Shown piece after piece: positions 49,786 through 62,389 of a DNA stretch of 64,000 nt. A model generated the notes under the pieces. That model saw nothing but the letters and a program-made list of their open reading frames with translations, ran no database searches and had not been told where the DNA came from. The number at the start of each line of letters is the position of its first letter. Position 1 is the first letter of the stretch. The translations under genes were made by a program, and so were the position numbers. The DNA is from Octopus sinensis (lineage: Eukaryota), in NCBI RefSeq assembly GCF_006345805.1, contig NC_043002.1, positions 77,066,001 to 77,130,000 of the forward strand, written 5' to 3'.

Positions 49786-50837
49786 ATGGCTATGGTCAAT
49801 TTTTAAATAAAATTTAGTAAGTTAATTTTCAGGCTTAAATATTTGAAGTTGACAACTGTGTTGTATTTTCTGTTTTCATTGTTATTTAATTTTTTTTTAA
49901 TGACTTACTCAGGGGAGGAAAAATAGCACCCATGACCCCTTGCAAACTATTCTCAAACAAGAAACCTGAGCCAAACACAACAGAGCAGACATGGCCAAAG
50001 GTACCCAAGGGCCAGGTAGTAGTATAAAACTGAATGATGGATTAGTCTAGCATGAAATGTTTGCCAAAGAACTGAATATTCATTTATTGGAGATTTATCA
50101 TACAACAGTTATAATATGAAAAATGAAACACTTTGAAGTTTAAATTCATAATGTTTTAAACATCACTTGACAAACTGGAAGTGATATATATTCAAAGATT
50201 TGTGGTTGAAATAAGAATCTTGTAGCTTCCAGACACTTTGCTGACTTAACCATAATACAAAAGTAAACATAACACACAAAGAAAGAAATAAGTAAACTGG
50301 TGCTGCTTAAAGCTACTACAGTCAAACAAAAAGTAATTTGAATATCTACAGTTAATAGACGACTTGTTGCTACTACTTATTCAAATACTAGTATTTGAAT
50401 AGTAGCACTTTTAATGCAGTAGTTTTTGCCGTTGCATATAATGTATTGTTCATTGAACACAACACTGGCTCTCTTCACAGACAGAGAAGTTAGGTTCCGT
50501 CCATCCGCAAGTGTTAATGGAGTATTTCTAGTTCTGCTTGCCTTGTGGTTCTAAGATCTTTACTTTAAAGCACAAACCAACAACATCTTCATCCTTGCTG
50601 CCATCATCATCGTCATCATCATCATCATCATCATTATCATCATCATCATCATCTTCATCATCACCATCATCTTCTGCTTTCTTTCATCGAACAGTAAGTA
50701 AAATGGATATTTATCTCATTGCTTTAGGATCACAGGGATCTGTGATTGTTTGTGTTATTAGATATTATTCCCTTTTGTTTTTGCCTCTTTTTTGTTTTGT
50801 TTTACTTTAAGCTATTCAACCAATGGCGTGTGTGTGC

Positions 50838-50878
<41 letters not shown>

Positions 50879-51311
50879 CACACACACACATACACACACA
50901 CACACACACATAAATATACACACATCTTACACACCTCTTCCTAAATCAATAACTTTTTCAGTTTCATTGCACAAACTAATAACTGTGTTACTGCCTTCCA
51001 AGCTGTATATACTAAAATAATAATTTTTATTGTAATTGTGCACGCCTGTAAATTTGTGTGATTGTGTATATAAGTGATTGAGTGATTGTGTGTTTATGTA
51101 TGTGTACATCACCTTTTTTTAATGTTATTTACCCCTGAGTGTTATTTGTACAATTGCAGTACTTTCAAGCATTGGCCTTCAAAATTTACACATTCTGTAA
51201 TAAATTCAGATTCCTCTTTATTTGTGTGTATCCATGTGTGTCCATGTGTTGGTGCGTGTTGGTGCATGGTATGTATGTTCATGAATGTGCATGTGTATTG
51301 ATGTGTGTTGA

Positions 51312-51342
<31 letters not shown>

Positions 51343-51757
51343 CACATAAATATATACACACAATTTCTATTTTTGTTATATGATTGGTAACTGAATCTAG
51401 GTTAACATTTTTACTAGAATGATTGTTTCAGGAAACAATTTTCATGATGATTTTCATTGGAATATTGATTTCTAACTAAAGCATAAGGGCATGGCACACT
51501 TTTTCGGAAACTAACAGTCAATGATGTCGACCCAAGTATTTCATAGACACCTCATTCTATTGACATCTCTTACCCCAACTCCCTACCGAAAGATGAAAGG
51601 CAAAGTCACTTTGGCAGGATTTGAACTCAGAACATAAAGGGATGCAACTAAAAGCAGAAGACATTTTGTCTCATATTTCTATTGATTCTGTTAATTTTCA
51701 CCCTATCCCAGGCCATTCACTCTTTGGTAATCTGCCAGCTTTTAGAATCAACTTGAG

Positions 51758-51905
51758 CTGTGGTTCTTAACTGGAGTCTATATGATCCCCAGAGATCCAC
51801 ATAAGGATCCATGGAGGGCCATGCAAGCAAAATAGTAAACTGGGGGCTCTTGATAGTATTTTAGGGATCCATGAAAAAAATTTTGTTTTAGATGTATTTA
51901 TTGCA
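51758..51905 (+). mobile_element. 5' half of a hAT-type MITE
   Basis: CTGTGGTTCTTAACTGGAGTC resembles CAGTGGTTCTCAACC-type hAT termini and has GG(G)TCCA-like repeats as in the 45564 element. Confidence 0.5.
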
Positions 51906-51934
51906 TGAAACAGCTAGGTTTCCTTCTCTTTATT

Positions 51935-52060
51935 TATCGACCCCTAAAGGATGAAAGGCAAAGTCGACCTTGGCAGAGTTTGAACTCAGAATGTAACAGC
52001 AGACGAAATATGGGTACGCATTTCGCCCGGCATGCTAACGTTTCTGCCTCAGCTTGCCAT
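51935..52060 (-). mobile_element. SINE family A fragment (CpG-rich, young-looking)
   Basis: TATCGACCCCTAAAGGATGAAAGGCAAAGTCGACC..GCATTTCGCCCGGCATGCTAACGTTTCTGCC. Confidence 0.85.
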
Positions 52061-52919
52061 ATATCTTTAGAGAGCAGTTATATTTTATACATACTTTTTC
52101 AAGGTAGTATATGTTAATTTCAATCAAGCCATGGAAGTTATTGTTACTCCTGTGCTTTTAAGTAAGCATGATAGTGGCATGCATATCTATTGGTATTCTA
52201 AATTTTATAGTGACATTACTCTGCAACTGATAACTGCTTCCTGAGAAACTTAAGACTGAGCCTCCTAAATTTTGGGTTATAAATTATCAATAAGATAACA
52301 TAAACTCTATTAAGTCTATTGATTTATTCAATGTCTTTTTTCCAGGAAAATTCCATGCTGCATCTATTTATGTACATGTGTTCATATAAGCTTGTTAGGT
52401 TAATGCTAGAAGCATTGAAATCTTTTTTTTTTCCTTGTGACGTAATGCATTAACTTTGTGATTTTGTTTCATTTGCATTTCTTTTTATTTTTTTATCACA
52501 ATTTTGCCTGTTACATTAATGTATATTGTAGATATATTTGCTTTTCCATGCTAAAGGGGAAACTGCAAGTTGGTTGAGTTTCTGTTCTGTTTGTAGCCAT
52601 CATCAGAAATATCAAAGTCATGCTACAACACTAGCATGGAGCAAGTAAACATTATAAGAGCACCATAAAAATTTGTTTTCACATCTGAATGTTATAGTGG
52701 ACATTTCTAAAGATATGGATTTTGGATTGTAATGTTGTTTAACTCCAGGTCATTCTAGATAAAGCAGGCCTATGACCAAAAGATATTCTTGCCAGGATCT
52801 TCCTGACTTCTGTGACATAAAATATCTCAAAGTATCAATGCTTTTTTTCTCTTTTTCATGGTAGACTGTGATTTAAAAATTCCTTTTGTCCACTTCTTAT
52901 GGCTTTGTCAAATGCGAAG

Positions 52920-53050
52920 GTTCATACATAGTCATCATACAATCTGCCTTTCACTCTGAGAGAGAGGCCCTTTGTTGCCAACAAAGGTAGCAGCTCTCTG
53001 AACTTTGCCCAGCCTGTTGTTCTAGCAGCTACAGTTTTAAAATTGATGGG
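52920..53050 (-). mobile_element. Old RTE-LINE internal fragment
   Basis: ORF 52922..53113(-) contains TVAARTTGWAKFRELLPLLATKGLSLRVKGRLYD, an RTE segment downstream of the RT core. Confidence 0.75.
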
Positions 53051-54089
53051 AGGAATTGAGAAAGTTGTCCTCAGACCAGAGACCAATTCTATAGCTTTGC
53101 AAAAAGTGCACACCTCTAATGACAGTCATTGGCTAAGCAGAGGCATTCAGCTGGGCTGTAGGATATGGCGAATGTCTAAAAAACAAGAGCAATCTCTCTA
53201 ATGAACTTTTACATAGCTTTATGTCTACAAAATTTCACTTATGTATGTTCTATCAGAAACATGTGGATGCAAGCTACCTGTAACAGACTACCCACACTAC
53301 TGTAATAGACTAGCAAGGATAGCTGAATTACATTCCTTTGCTGGTAAATGCCACCAGGTAGCGTCACAGCTGAAGCCTATATATATTCTGGTGGTTGTAA
53401 GCTTTCTTTCTCTTTTGCTGCTTGGACACCAAGAAGCATGGACCTCTCCTTTGGTTTGCCTACACCAGGACAGCATGCAAGAGCTTCACGGAAATGTTCT
53501 GACTACTGCTATTTTTCTCTGACATGTTCAACAAGGTACACCCATTATTTACAAAATGTTTAGCTTAAGTTGTGTTAATTCCAGTAATTTCTATGAACTC
53601 TCCTTGTGAGTACTGTATATATCTAACTGAGACACTGCAGCTCATTGCTTTCACTCACAACAATAAAAACGTGTTAATGTTAAACTAGTCATTCTTCCAG
53701 CTAATCACTGAAAGTTGTTGAGGGTGAACTCACTTCTCATCCTCAACAATTTGGGTGCAACTTAACTTCATTGTAGTCATCATTGTATATTTGTGAATGA
53801 ATTGAAATGCATGTGCATATATGTATAATAAGTGTATGTGACTGAATTACTGTGTCAATGTGTGATTGAGTATGGTTGTGTATATATTTGAATGTATAAA
53901 TTTTCGTCATAATTGTACATTTATACAAGTGTTACTATGCATGTATATGCCTGACTGTATTGAATGCATATGTATGTGCTTGTGTAGTTTCTATAAAGCA
54001 GACAGTATAAACAATCACAGAAATGGTCAGGACCCATACTCAATGTAAGCAAAGTTTTGCATTCTATAATTGTAATATTTTATCCTTTT

Positions 54090-54684
54090 AAGGTGGTGAG
54101 CTGGCAGAAATGTTAGCACGCCAAGCAAAATGCTTAGCGGTATTTCGTCTGTCTTTACATTGTGAGTTGAAATTCCACTGAGGTCGACTTTTCCTTTCAT
54201 CCTTTCGGGATCAATAAATTAAGCACCAGTTGCATAAAGGGGTCAATCTAATCGACTGGCCCTCCTCCCCCCAAAATTTTCCTTTTATTCTTTTAGCTGT
54301 TTCAATCATTAGACTTACAGTCATACTGGGGCACCACCTTGAGGAATTTTAAGTAGACGAATCGAACCCAGTGCTTAAGTCTGGTACTTATTCTATTGAT
54401 CTCTTTCACTGAACCACTATGTTACAGGGACATAAACATGCCAACACCAGCTGTCAAGTGGTGGTGGGGGACAAACACAAACACAAAGATATACACACAC
54501 ATACATATATATGATGGGCTTCTTTCAGTTTCCATCAACCAAATCCACTCACGAAGCTTTGGTCAGCTTGAGGTTATTGTAGAAGACACTTGAGGTTATA
54601 GTAGAAGACACTTACCCAAGGTACCATGCAGTGAGACTGAACCCAGAACCATATGGTTGGGAAGCAAACTTCTTACCACACAGC
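54090..54684. mobile_element. SINE A (+, 54090-54280) fused tail-to-tail with SINE B (-, 54283-54684)
   Basis: Both bodies are recognisable. The B copy has a 22-bp tandem duplication, GAGGTTAT.GTAGAAGACACTT. Confidence 0.85.
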
Positions 54685-55089
54685 AATAAGTTTTCTTTAA
54701 ATAGCTCACTAATTATATATCTTTTTAAAATCTCATTAACTAATTATGTTAACAATCATCAAAATTGCTCTTAAAACAATTTGAGATTGACTATTTCCAT
54801 TCAGTCTTTTAATTCTTTGCAATTTCATTAAGTTACAATTTAGACATTAATTCAGTCAGTTTATTGTATATCTCTTTAAATGTGGCACTTTTAGATTGTG
54901 TGTATTCAATGCTCCATTCTTCCAGGGTTTTCTTGCTAAACTATTGATTGATTGCTTAGCCATGAGTGGAAAATTTTTCACAGCTGCTCTGTATCCTGCC
55001 ACTCCTTTTCCATTGTTGAAGGAAGCAACCATAGCAAAAACCACATGATTAGATAATTCATAAGTCAATGTTTTTTCAGTTTATGAAAT

Positions 55090-55105
55090 CATCCTGCACA
55101 TGTTA

Positions 55106-55163
<58 letters not shown>

Positions 55164-55404
55164 GTATGTATATATATGTATATGTATGTATATATATATG
55201 TATGTATTATATATATATATGTATGTATATATATATATTATATATATATGTATGTATATATATATATGTATGTATATATATATATGTATATATATATGTA
55301 TGTATATATATAAATGTATATATATATATGTATATATATATATTGTATGTATATATATATATGTATATATATATGTATGTATATATATATATGTGTATGT
55401 ATAT

Positions 55405-55471
<67 letters not shown>

Positions 55472-55567
55472 GTATGTATATATATATGTATGTATATATA
55501 TATATGTATATATATATGTATGTATGTATATATATATATATATTATATATATATATATATATATGTA
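55090..55567. repeat. Very long imperfect (TA)n/(TATG)n microsatellite
   Basis: About 480 bp, almost entirely TA/TG dinucleotides. It is the source of the YIYI/VYIY ORFs. Confidence 0.95.
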
Positions 55568-55935
55568 CTGGGTTGTCCAGAAAGTTCGTGCCGATTTTTG
55601 AAGGAAAGAAAAAGGTCAATAAATACTTGCCATTACATTTTTAATCAACCAAATACGAACCATTTTGTTGCACAATGCGTCTCCATCTTTCCTTTAACTT
55701 GAAAATACCCTCTTCCCAGAATTGAGGTGGTTTCATGGCAAAGAATTCATCAAGGTATCTTTTTACGTCATCCAAGGAATTGAAATTCTTACCTTTAAGA
55801 CTATTCTGCAGAGACCTGAATAAAGGGAAATCCGAAGGAGCAATATCTAGGGACTATGGAGGGTGAAGTAACACATCCCAGCCAAGCTTCAGCAATTTTT
55901 GTCTGGTTCCCAAAGAAACGTGCAGTCTTGCAAAA
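55568..55935 (-). mobile_element. Mariner transposase 3' fragment with one TIR
   Basis: Minus-strand translation 55931->55641: [75 protein letters not shown] (degenerate YSPDLAPSD motif). Terminus TA-CTGGGTTGTCCAGAAAGTTCGTGCCG. Confidence 0.92.
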
Positions 55936-56204
55936 TAGTTGGCATGGTCTTACCGAGAATGTCATTCATTATAGGTCTAATTGGTGAGGTTTGATGTAGA
56001 TCTAAAGAAAAATGATTAACTGATATAAATTAAAATGGTACTAGCATCATCCAATCTTTTGTTGACTATTGCGTAAAAGTAGAAGAGAATTGGCAGAATA
56101 TTAATCAATATGACCAATTTTATAAGAACTTGTGACAAACACACACACACACATCATTTCATCTTGGAGGTTATGAATGAAGGAAAATTTATGTAAACAA
56201 CCTA

Positions 56205-56425
56205 TGTATTGATTTTAAAAATTTGGCACAAGGTCAGCGATTTTGAGGGAGGGAGTAAGTCAATTAGATCAACCCCAGTGTTCAACTAGTGTATATTTTA
56301 TCAACCCCGAAAGAATGAAAGGCAAAGTTGACCTTGGCAGAATTTGAACTCAGAATGTAAAGAATGACGAAATATCACAAAGCATTTTTGCCTGACATGC
56401 TAACAATTCTGTCAGCTCACTACCC
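56205..56425 (-). mobile_element. SINE family A copy
   Basis: Reverse-complement body from TATTGATTTTAAAAATTTGGCACAAGG to GTCAGCTCAC. Confidence 0.85.
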
Positions 56426-56629
56426 TACAAAAAAAAAGAAAAGAAAAAAAAATAGCCTATATATTACTTATAAGACAGCCAGACCAAGGTTCATAAAGTC
56501 TAGGCCTGTGTCCAAGTGGCCTTCTTCTGGTCCCACTATCACCTCTTCTCAGTCAGAGACAGCTAGATGCTTTCTCACCATTCTGGACCTTGTTCTTGAT
56601 GGCTCATCTTCTGTTCACATAATTTATTA

Positions 56630-56836
56630 TTTTATTCTTTTATTTGCTTCAGTCATTTGACTGCAGCCATGCTGGAGCACCACTTTTAGTCGAACAAAGC
56701 GACCCCAGGACTTATTCTTTGTAAGCCTAGTACTTAGCCTATCGGTCTCTTTTGCCGAACTGCTCAGTTATGGGTACATAAACACACCAACATCAGTTGT
56801 TAAGCGATGGTGTGGGAACAAGCCACTCCTGCACCT
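56630..56836 (-). mobile_element. SINE family B with large internal deletion
   Basis: The tail block joins directly to the head remnant AGCCACTCCTGCACC. Confidence 0.8.
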
Positions 56837-58294
56837 ATGAAGTTCTGAATATTATTTTGTTTCCCTTGGTCTTTGTACTTGGATTGCACAGAATTTTTAT
56901 GGGCCCAAAATAGACTGGATGATTCTACAAATTTCAAATATGCTTTTAAAAAAACGTTTTCAAGAAGAACACAGTTCATGCAGTCAATCACTAATCTGTT
57001 CAAAGGGAGAAATACACTAATGTTTTCAGTTATATGAATAAGATCATATACCTAATTCATCTGGTTAAACAATACCTCTTGTTTACATAATCATCACCTG
57101 GGTTAGCACCATCCCCACCACTGTTACCTAGTTCTTGGGTTCCTTTAAAAAAATTTCTCTTTACTGTAAGCATTTAGAGCAGGCTCATCCCTGGGCCTCC
57201 ACTCCTGGTATTTTTCAGGTAGACATTGATGTACAGATGTGCGATTACTTGCGGGAGTAGGTTGCAATTTTGACTTAGTAGTCTGGCTGTAAATCAGTGA
57301 TTTAACCATTTAGTTAGTCTTTATTTGTACATCAGAGTAAATGCAATTTGAGCTGAGTTACACAATTGAATTATATCCTAACAGTGCGTGCATAAATATG
57401 TGTGATATATTGAGAAAGAGAAAGAGATCTGTTCATGTCAATCTATTTATCAGCCAGGATTTAAAAGAAGTAATGAATAAATATGTCTGTAGTGATGATA
57501 ATGATTGTGGGGTAGAGTGAACAGATAAGAATAACCTTTATAGAAATGATAATAGCAATCACCTGCAAAAATGTCTAGTTAGGATTTATCAAGGATATGA
57601 ATGAGATTTTTTTCTCTCCCACAGATATTTTGTACAAATATGCAACACATTTTACTTAAAATATATTTGTTCCATTTTCATTTTTTTTTTTTTTTACCAT
57701 AAAGTTCTAATCAATTCCCAGAATAGTATCAACAATCTCTTATGTTTTAAATAACTTGAACATTTTATTTTCTTCTTCAGGGACAGAGTTACTACAAGCA
57801 TCAGTTACTGAAAGCTTGGTAAGTTGAAACACTTATGCTTCTCTCAGACTAACTAACTGTTTTGAAATAATCTATTTAAAAATATCGTAGGTGGTCACAT
57901 TGGTAATTCTGTTAATGAGCCCACTTAACTATTATTGTTGTTACCATCCTTTAATTTGTACTACTGACATGACCATACCAGTACCATTATCACTACTGTT
58001 ATCACTACTATAATCAAGACAGTCACCAATATCACCATTAACATCATCATTAGTGCTGTCCCTACTACATCACCATCACCACCACTACCACCACCATCAT
58101 CCTTCTTCACTACTTCTACTGCCATTGCTGTTACTATGACTACTTTATGTCTTCATAGTTAAGTAAGGTACATATAGTAATTTTTTTACAAAGGCATAAA
58201 GCCACACATTTTGGGAAAGGGTTTCAGTTAGATTTTATAGGCCTCAGTTGCCAGAGTCAGCATGGCTTGTCGTAGTATCAATCATGTATATAAT

Positions 58295-58755
58295 ATTCTT
58301 TTATTCTTTTACTTGTTTCAGTCATTAGACTGTGGCCATGCTGGGGCAGCACCTTGAAGAATTTTAGTCAAATAAATCGACTCCTGTACCTCTTATTTTT
58401 TTAAGCCTGGTACTTATTCTATCGATATCTTTTGCTGAACTGCTAAGTTACAGGGATATAAACACACCAGCACCTTTGTCAAATGGTGGTGGTGTGGGAC
58501 AGACACACAGATATATGCATATACATACATATATGTGTGTGTGTATATATATACATATATCTATTTATATGTATGTATGTATATATACACACATTTATAT
58601 ACACAACAGGCTTCTTTTACTTTCTGTCGACCAAATCCACTCACAAGGCTTTGGTTGGCCTGAGGCTATAGTAGAAGACACTTGCCCAAGGTGCCATGCA
58701 ATGGGACTGAACCCAGAACCAAATGGTGGGAAGCAAGTTTTTAACCAAACAGCCA
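58295..58755 (-). mobile_element. Full-length SINE family B with expanded internal microsatellite
   Basis: Tail, ~100-bp TA/TG tract and head are all present. Confidence 0.88.
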
Positions 58756-58921
58756 TAATATAGTTATATAGTATTATATGTAATATAATGATATAGATGC
58801 TCATAATTTTGAATTTAGTCTCACTGCTTGACGTCTTGGACAGTTGTCTCATACCATAATCCTAGACCAATTAAAGCTTTGTGAGTAAATTTGGTAGGCA
58901 GAAAACTGAAAAGGAATCCTG

Positions 58922-58968
<47 letters not shown>

Positions 58969-60103
58969 TGTGTGTATGTGTGTGTGTGTGCGTGCGTGTG
59001 CACATGCAGGCATGAACATAGACATATACACATGTATATTTCTTGTCAGTAATCAATACGTTTAATGACCTGTTAGTGTTTCCATGAAATTCAGACAAAG
59101 TGAAAATATCAGAGCAGAGCTAACAGAATGATGTGTCAGTATTTCTTTCTACAAATTTCAGACTTAGTGAAAATACCGCAGCACAGAATGAACAAAGCGG
59201 GAAATAGTGACACATTGCTAATTATATAATTAGATTAATTTATTTCTTAATGAACACAACAAATGGGACTGGTTCCTATGTCAACTGTTTCACTATTACA
59301 AACTTGAATATTTCAATATACTTATCTATATACCATATCTAATGTATAAATACTGCTGATATTTGTCCCAAAATAATATTTCTTATGGATGTGCAGTGTT
59401 AAAAACACAATAAATATCAGTAAGAGATGAGAATCCACCCCAGCTATGGCTAGCAAGAATGTCAAATATATTTTAGCCCTTTGAAGCCTTTTCAATGTTA
59501 CATATTTGCTATTTTGATTTGATTCCGCCACAATTGCATATACCAGATTTATATTCAGTTGGGCAGTTATTTACAACATCAGTGGATGCTTTATCCACTG
59601 TTTCTTCTATTGAAAATGACAAATTTTCATCCAAGCATGTGGCTGGTTGTGGGGCCAAAATGCATTAGGCATCCTTGCTAGTCCCTGCTGGCTTGGATTT
59701 TTGTTAAGTTTCTAACCGGGACTAATACCCCAGTAGCTGACCTGTTATATATATTAAGTATATGATGATGATGATGATGATGTAGCAGTTACAGCTAGAA
59801 AACTTTTGATTGGAGGTCTTCTGAATCAGAACCAACCTAGGGTTAAACAAAAACAAAAGTCGTGTTTCCAGCAGATATATTGCTTTACATTTCTCTTTAT
59901 GTTTAGCTTCTTTAAGAAGCAACAAGAAACAAGAGCGGGGGATGGTAATGTTTTAATTATGATACTGACCTCTTTCATCTATTTTCTTCACAAACAGCTG
60001 TTTGAAGACAAAACTGCACTACCTTTAGTTCAATTTCCCCCTTTATCTAATTCCGTCTCTCCCCCATCCCTCACCGGCACATACATGCCATGCGCACACA
60101 CAT

Positions 60104-60137
<34 letters not shown>

Positions 60138-60297
60138 TTACACATACATGCTCTCTTTCTTTCTCTTTCTCTCTCTCTCCCTCTTTCTCTCACAAACATA
60201 CATATCTTTGCATTTCTACATACAACAAAAAGATGCACTTGCAAACAGATACACACTCAAGTATTTCTCTATATGTATATGTATATATTTATATATA

Positions 60298-60352
60298 TCA
60301 TCATCATCATCATCCTCATCGTTTAACATCCGTTTTCCATGCTAGCATGGGT
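60298..60352 (-). mobile_element. Minimal RTE 3' end within a microsatellite
   Basis: (TA)n-(CAT)n-CGTTTAACATCCGTTTTCCATGCTAGCATGGGTT-(AC)n. Confidence 0.8.
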
Positions 60353-62389
60353 TACACACACACACACATACTGTGAGAGAGAGATAAATATACAAGCATC
60401 ACATAAATCCTTTGCCTTCATTTCTTTCTCTTGCTTGCTTTCTCTCTCTCTCTCTCCCTCTCTCTCATACATATAAACACACATGCACACACATCTATTT
60501 TCTTTACACCAACTCTCATCCTGGGATTTTTTACTGAATGACCCAGTTATCTTAACAAAACTGTCAGTACATCTGTAATTTCTAAGCTGTCTACACTGTA
60601 TTGTTCAGTTATATAATTTACAATTTTTATGGATGTGTTTCTCAATATGTTATAAGTGTCATGGAGAATAGACACTTGGGTCCCCCTGGTTAGAAAAATA
60701 CTGATGGGTTGGCAGTTGTTTGCAGCTGTTGTAGAAAAACAGGCTGTGCCAAACAGCCAGAATGGAGCACTACTAAATAGAGTTGTCCTAAAAGTGATAA
60801 TCCAACAAAAATTGATTGGATCATATGGAAAAAAGAAAGAAGAATAGGAAATACTTGTGTTTCATTGGATGAAATACAGAACAGCATCAAGCAAATGAAA
60901 CTTAGCCAAGTAGCTGTAAGAATGTTGACACCTATTAGCTAAATTACTTTAGAAGTAAAAGTTTAAAGTTTGAAGGTCATTTGAACATTGACAAGTCTTA
61001 GTTCACTTCCTGATATTTCTGAAGATGTTTTTCACACAATCTTTTTGTAGTCTTAGAAACCGAAATAATAATCTTTGACCTTGAATCAATATCACATTTG
61101 TCTAGCTTCACTTATATTCTGTTCTAGTTTGTACTAGATTGATTTTCATTAATTTGAACTCTGAACACCACATGGCGCTTTGCAGTGACTGCATGTTATA
61201 GTCACTGCCTCAGTAAGCTGTACATTCGTAACAACAGAAGATATGTGCTATAAATGTGCACATTCATAGAGTGTCTCATTGCAATATTTGTAAGTATTTT
61301 ACAGATGTAGCATGTCTACTTATGCAAATACAAGCATAGTGGGCCAACAAGTGAGGTTGTACATGTGGGGAAATTTTGGTTGCTACAAATAGTACCCTGT
61401 TCCATCATCTTAAAAAAACAATAGATATTGTAATATTAGATAGGCTGAGGTGGAGATTATGGCTGGAATACTTTAATCATGAGTTTGCATATCAAAACTG
61501 AGTGACAACAACAACAACAACAACAAATATTTCTAACACCACACTAAACCACACTGGTATTTAATAATTAGAACCATTAAAGAAATATATATTTACATTT
61601 AAACAAAATAAAAAAAAAATCTCTTTGATTTTACAAGAAACATAATTATCTATTGACATGGATTGTATGGCTATGGGATTTAAATATTTTTAAATGGTTA
61701 CTTTATGACAGGACTATTTGCCACTGCATACTTGTGTAACCTTGGGTTGTGTCCATCATTAAGATTATATTTCAATCTGTTCAGAATAAACCCATAGTTA
61801 TTTGTGCATCTTCTAATAATCTTAAGTCATTACATTTGACTGGAACCATGGGGTTATAAAATGTTGGAAAACTCATTTTTACAAGAAATATCAAGAATAA
61901 AAGTCTATCAATAATTGTATAGATAACATCAGTTTTGAAACATAAAAAGGTAATGAGTAATATTAACGTCTTGATTTTATTGAGAAAATATCAAAAATAG
62001 TTGATGGCTGATGGCTGATATCTCTTCAGAACAAGAACCGTGGGAGAATACACCAAACATTCTAACCTCTTTTGAAATGAGATTATTGCATCTCAAAAGC
62101 AAGGAAAGAGCTGTTTCTATAAGCAGTTGAGAGAGTATAAGTATCTCTGAATATCTGTATATCACTGTATGTGTCTGTATATCGATGTAGATTTCTATCA
62201 TTGATCACTTAATCTAAAGCAATCAATAGCTTCAAGGAGGTTCTCTCAACTGTCATATTGACCTTGATTTCTTTAAAATTCAATCAGTTTGGATAGAAAG
62301 AAAAGGCAGAACTGCTGTTGGACTACAGAAATATTAAATACCTATTGACTAGAAGAATTATAACTCCTGTATATTAATGTTAGCATTTG

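Noticed and set aside
54856-55068. 70-aa non-repetitive ORF ([13 protein letters not shown]..)
   Set aside because: Starts at a non-ATG codon, has no recognisable domain and no clear splice sites.
55089-55702. Long ORFs (176-200 aa) rich in YI/HT/CV/ER, here and throughout the ORF track
   Set aside because: They are translations of (TA)n, (CA)n, (TG)n and (GA)n microsatellites, which lack stops in some frames.
59580-61208. Isolated 8-9-bp hairpins (59580-59600 CAGTGGAT/ATCCACTG; 61182-61208 GCAGTGACT/AGTCACTGC)
   Set aside because: Too short for pre-miRNAs, and a few such stems are expected by chance.
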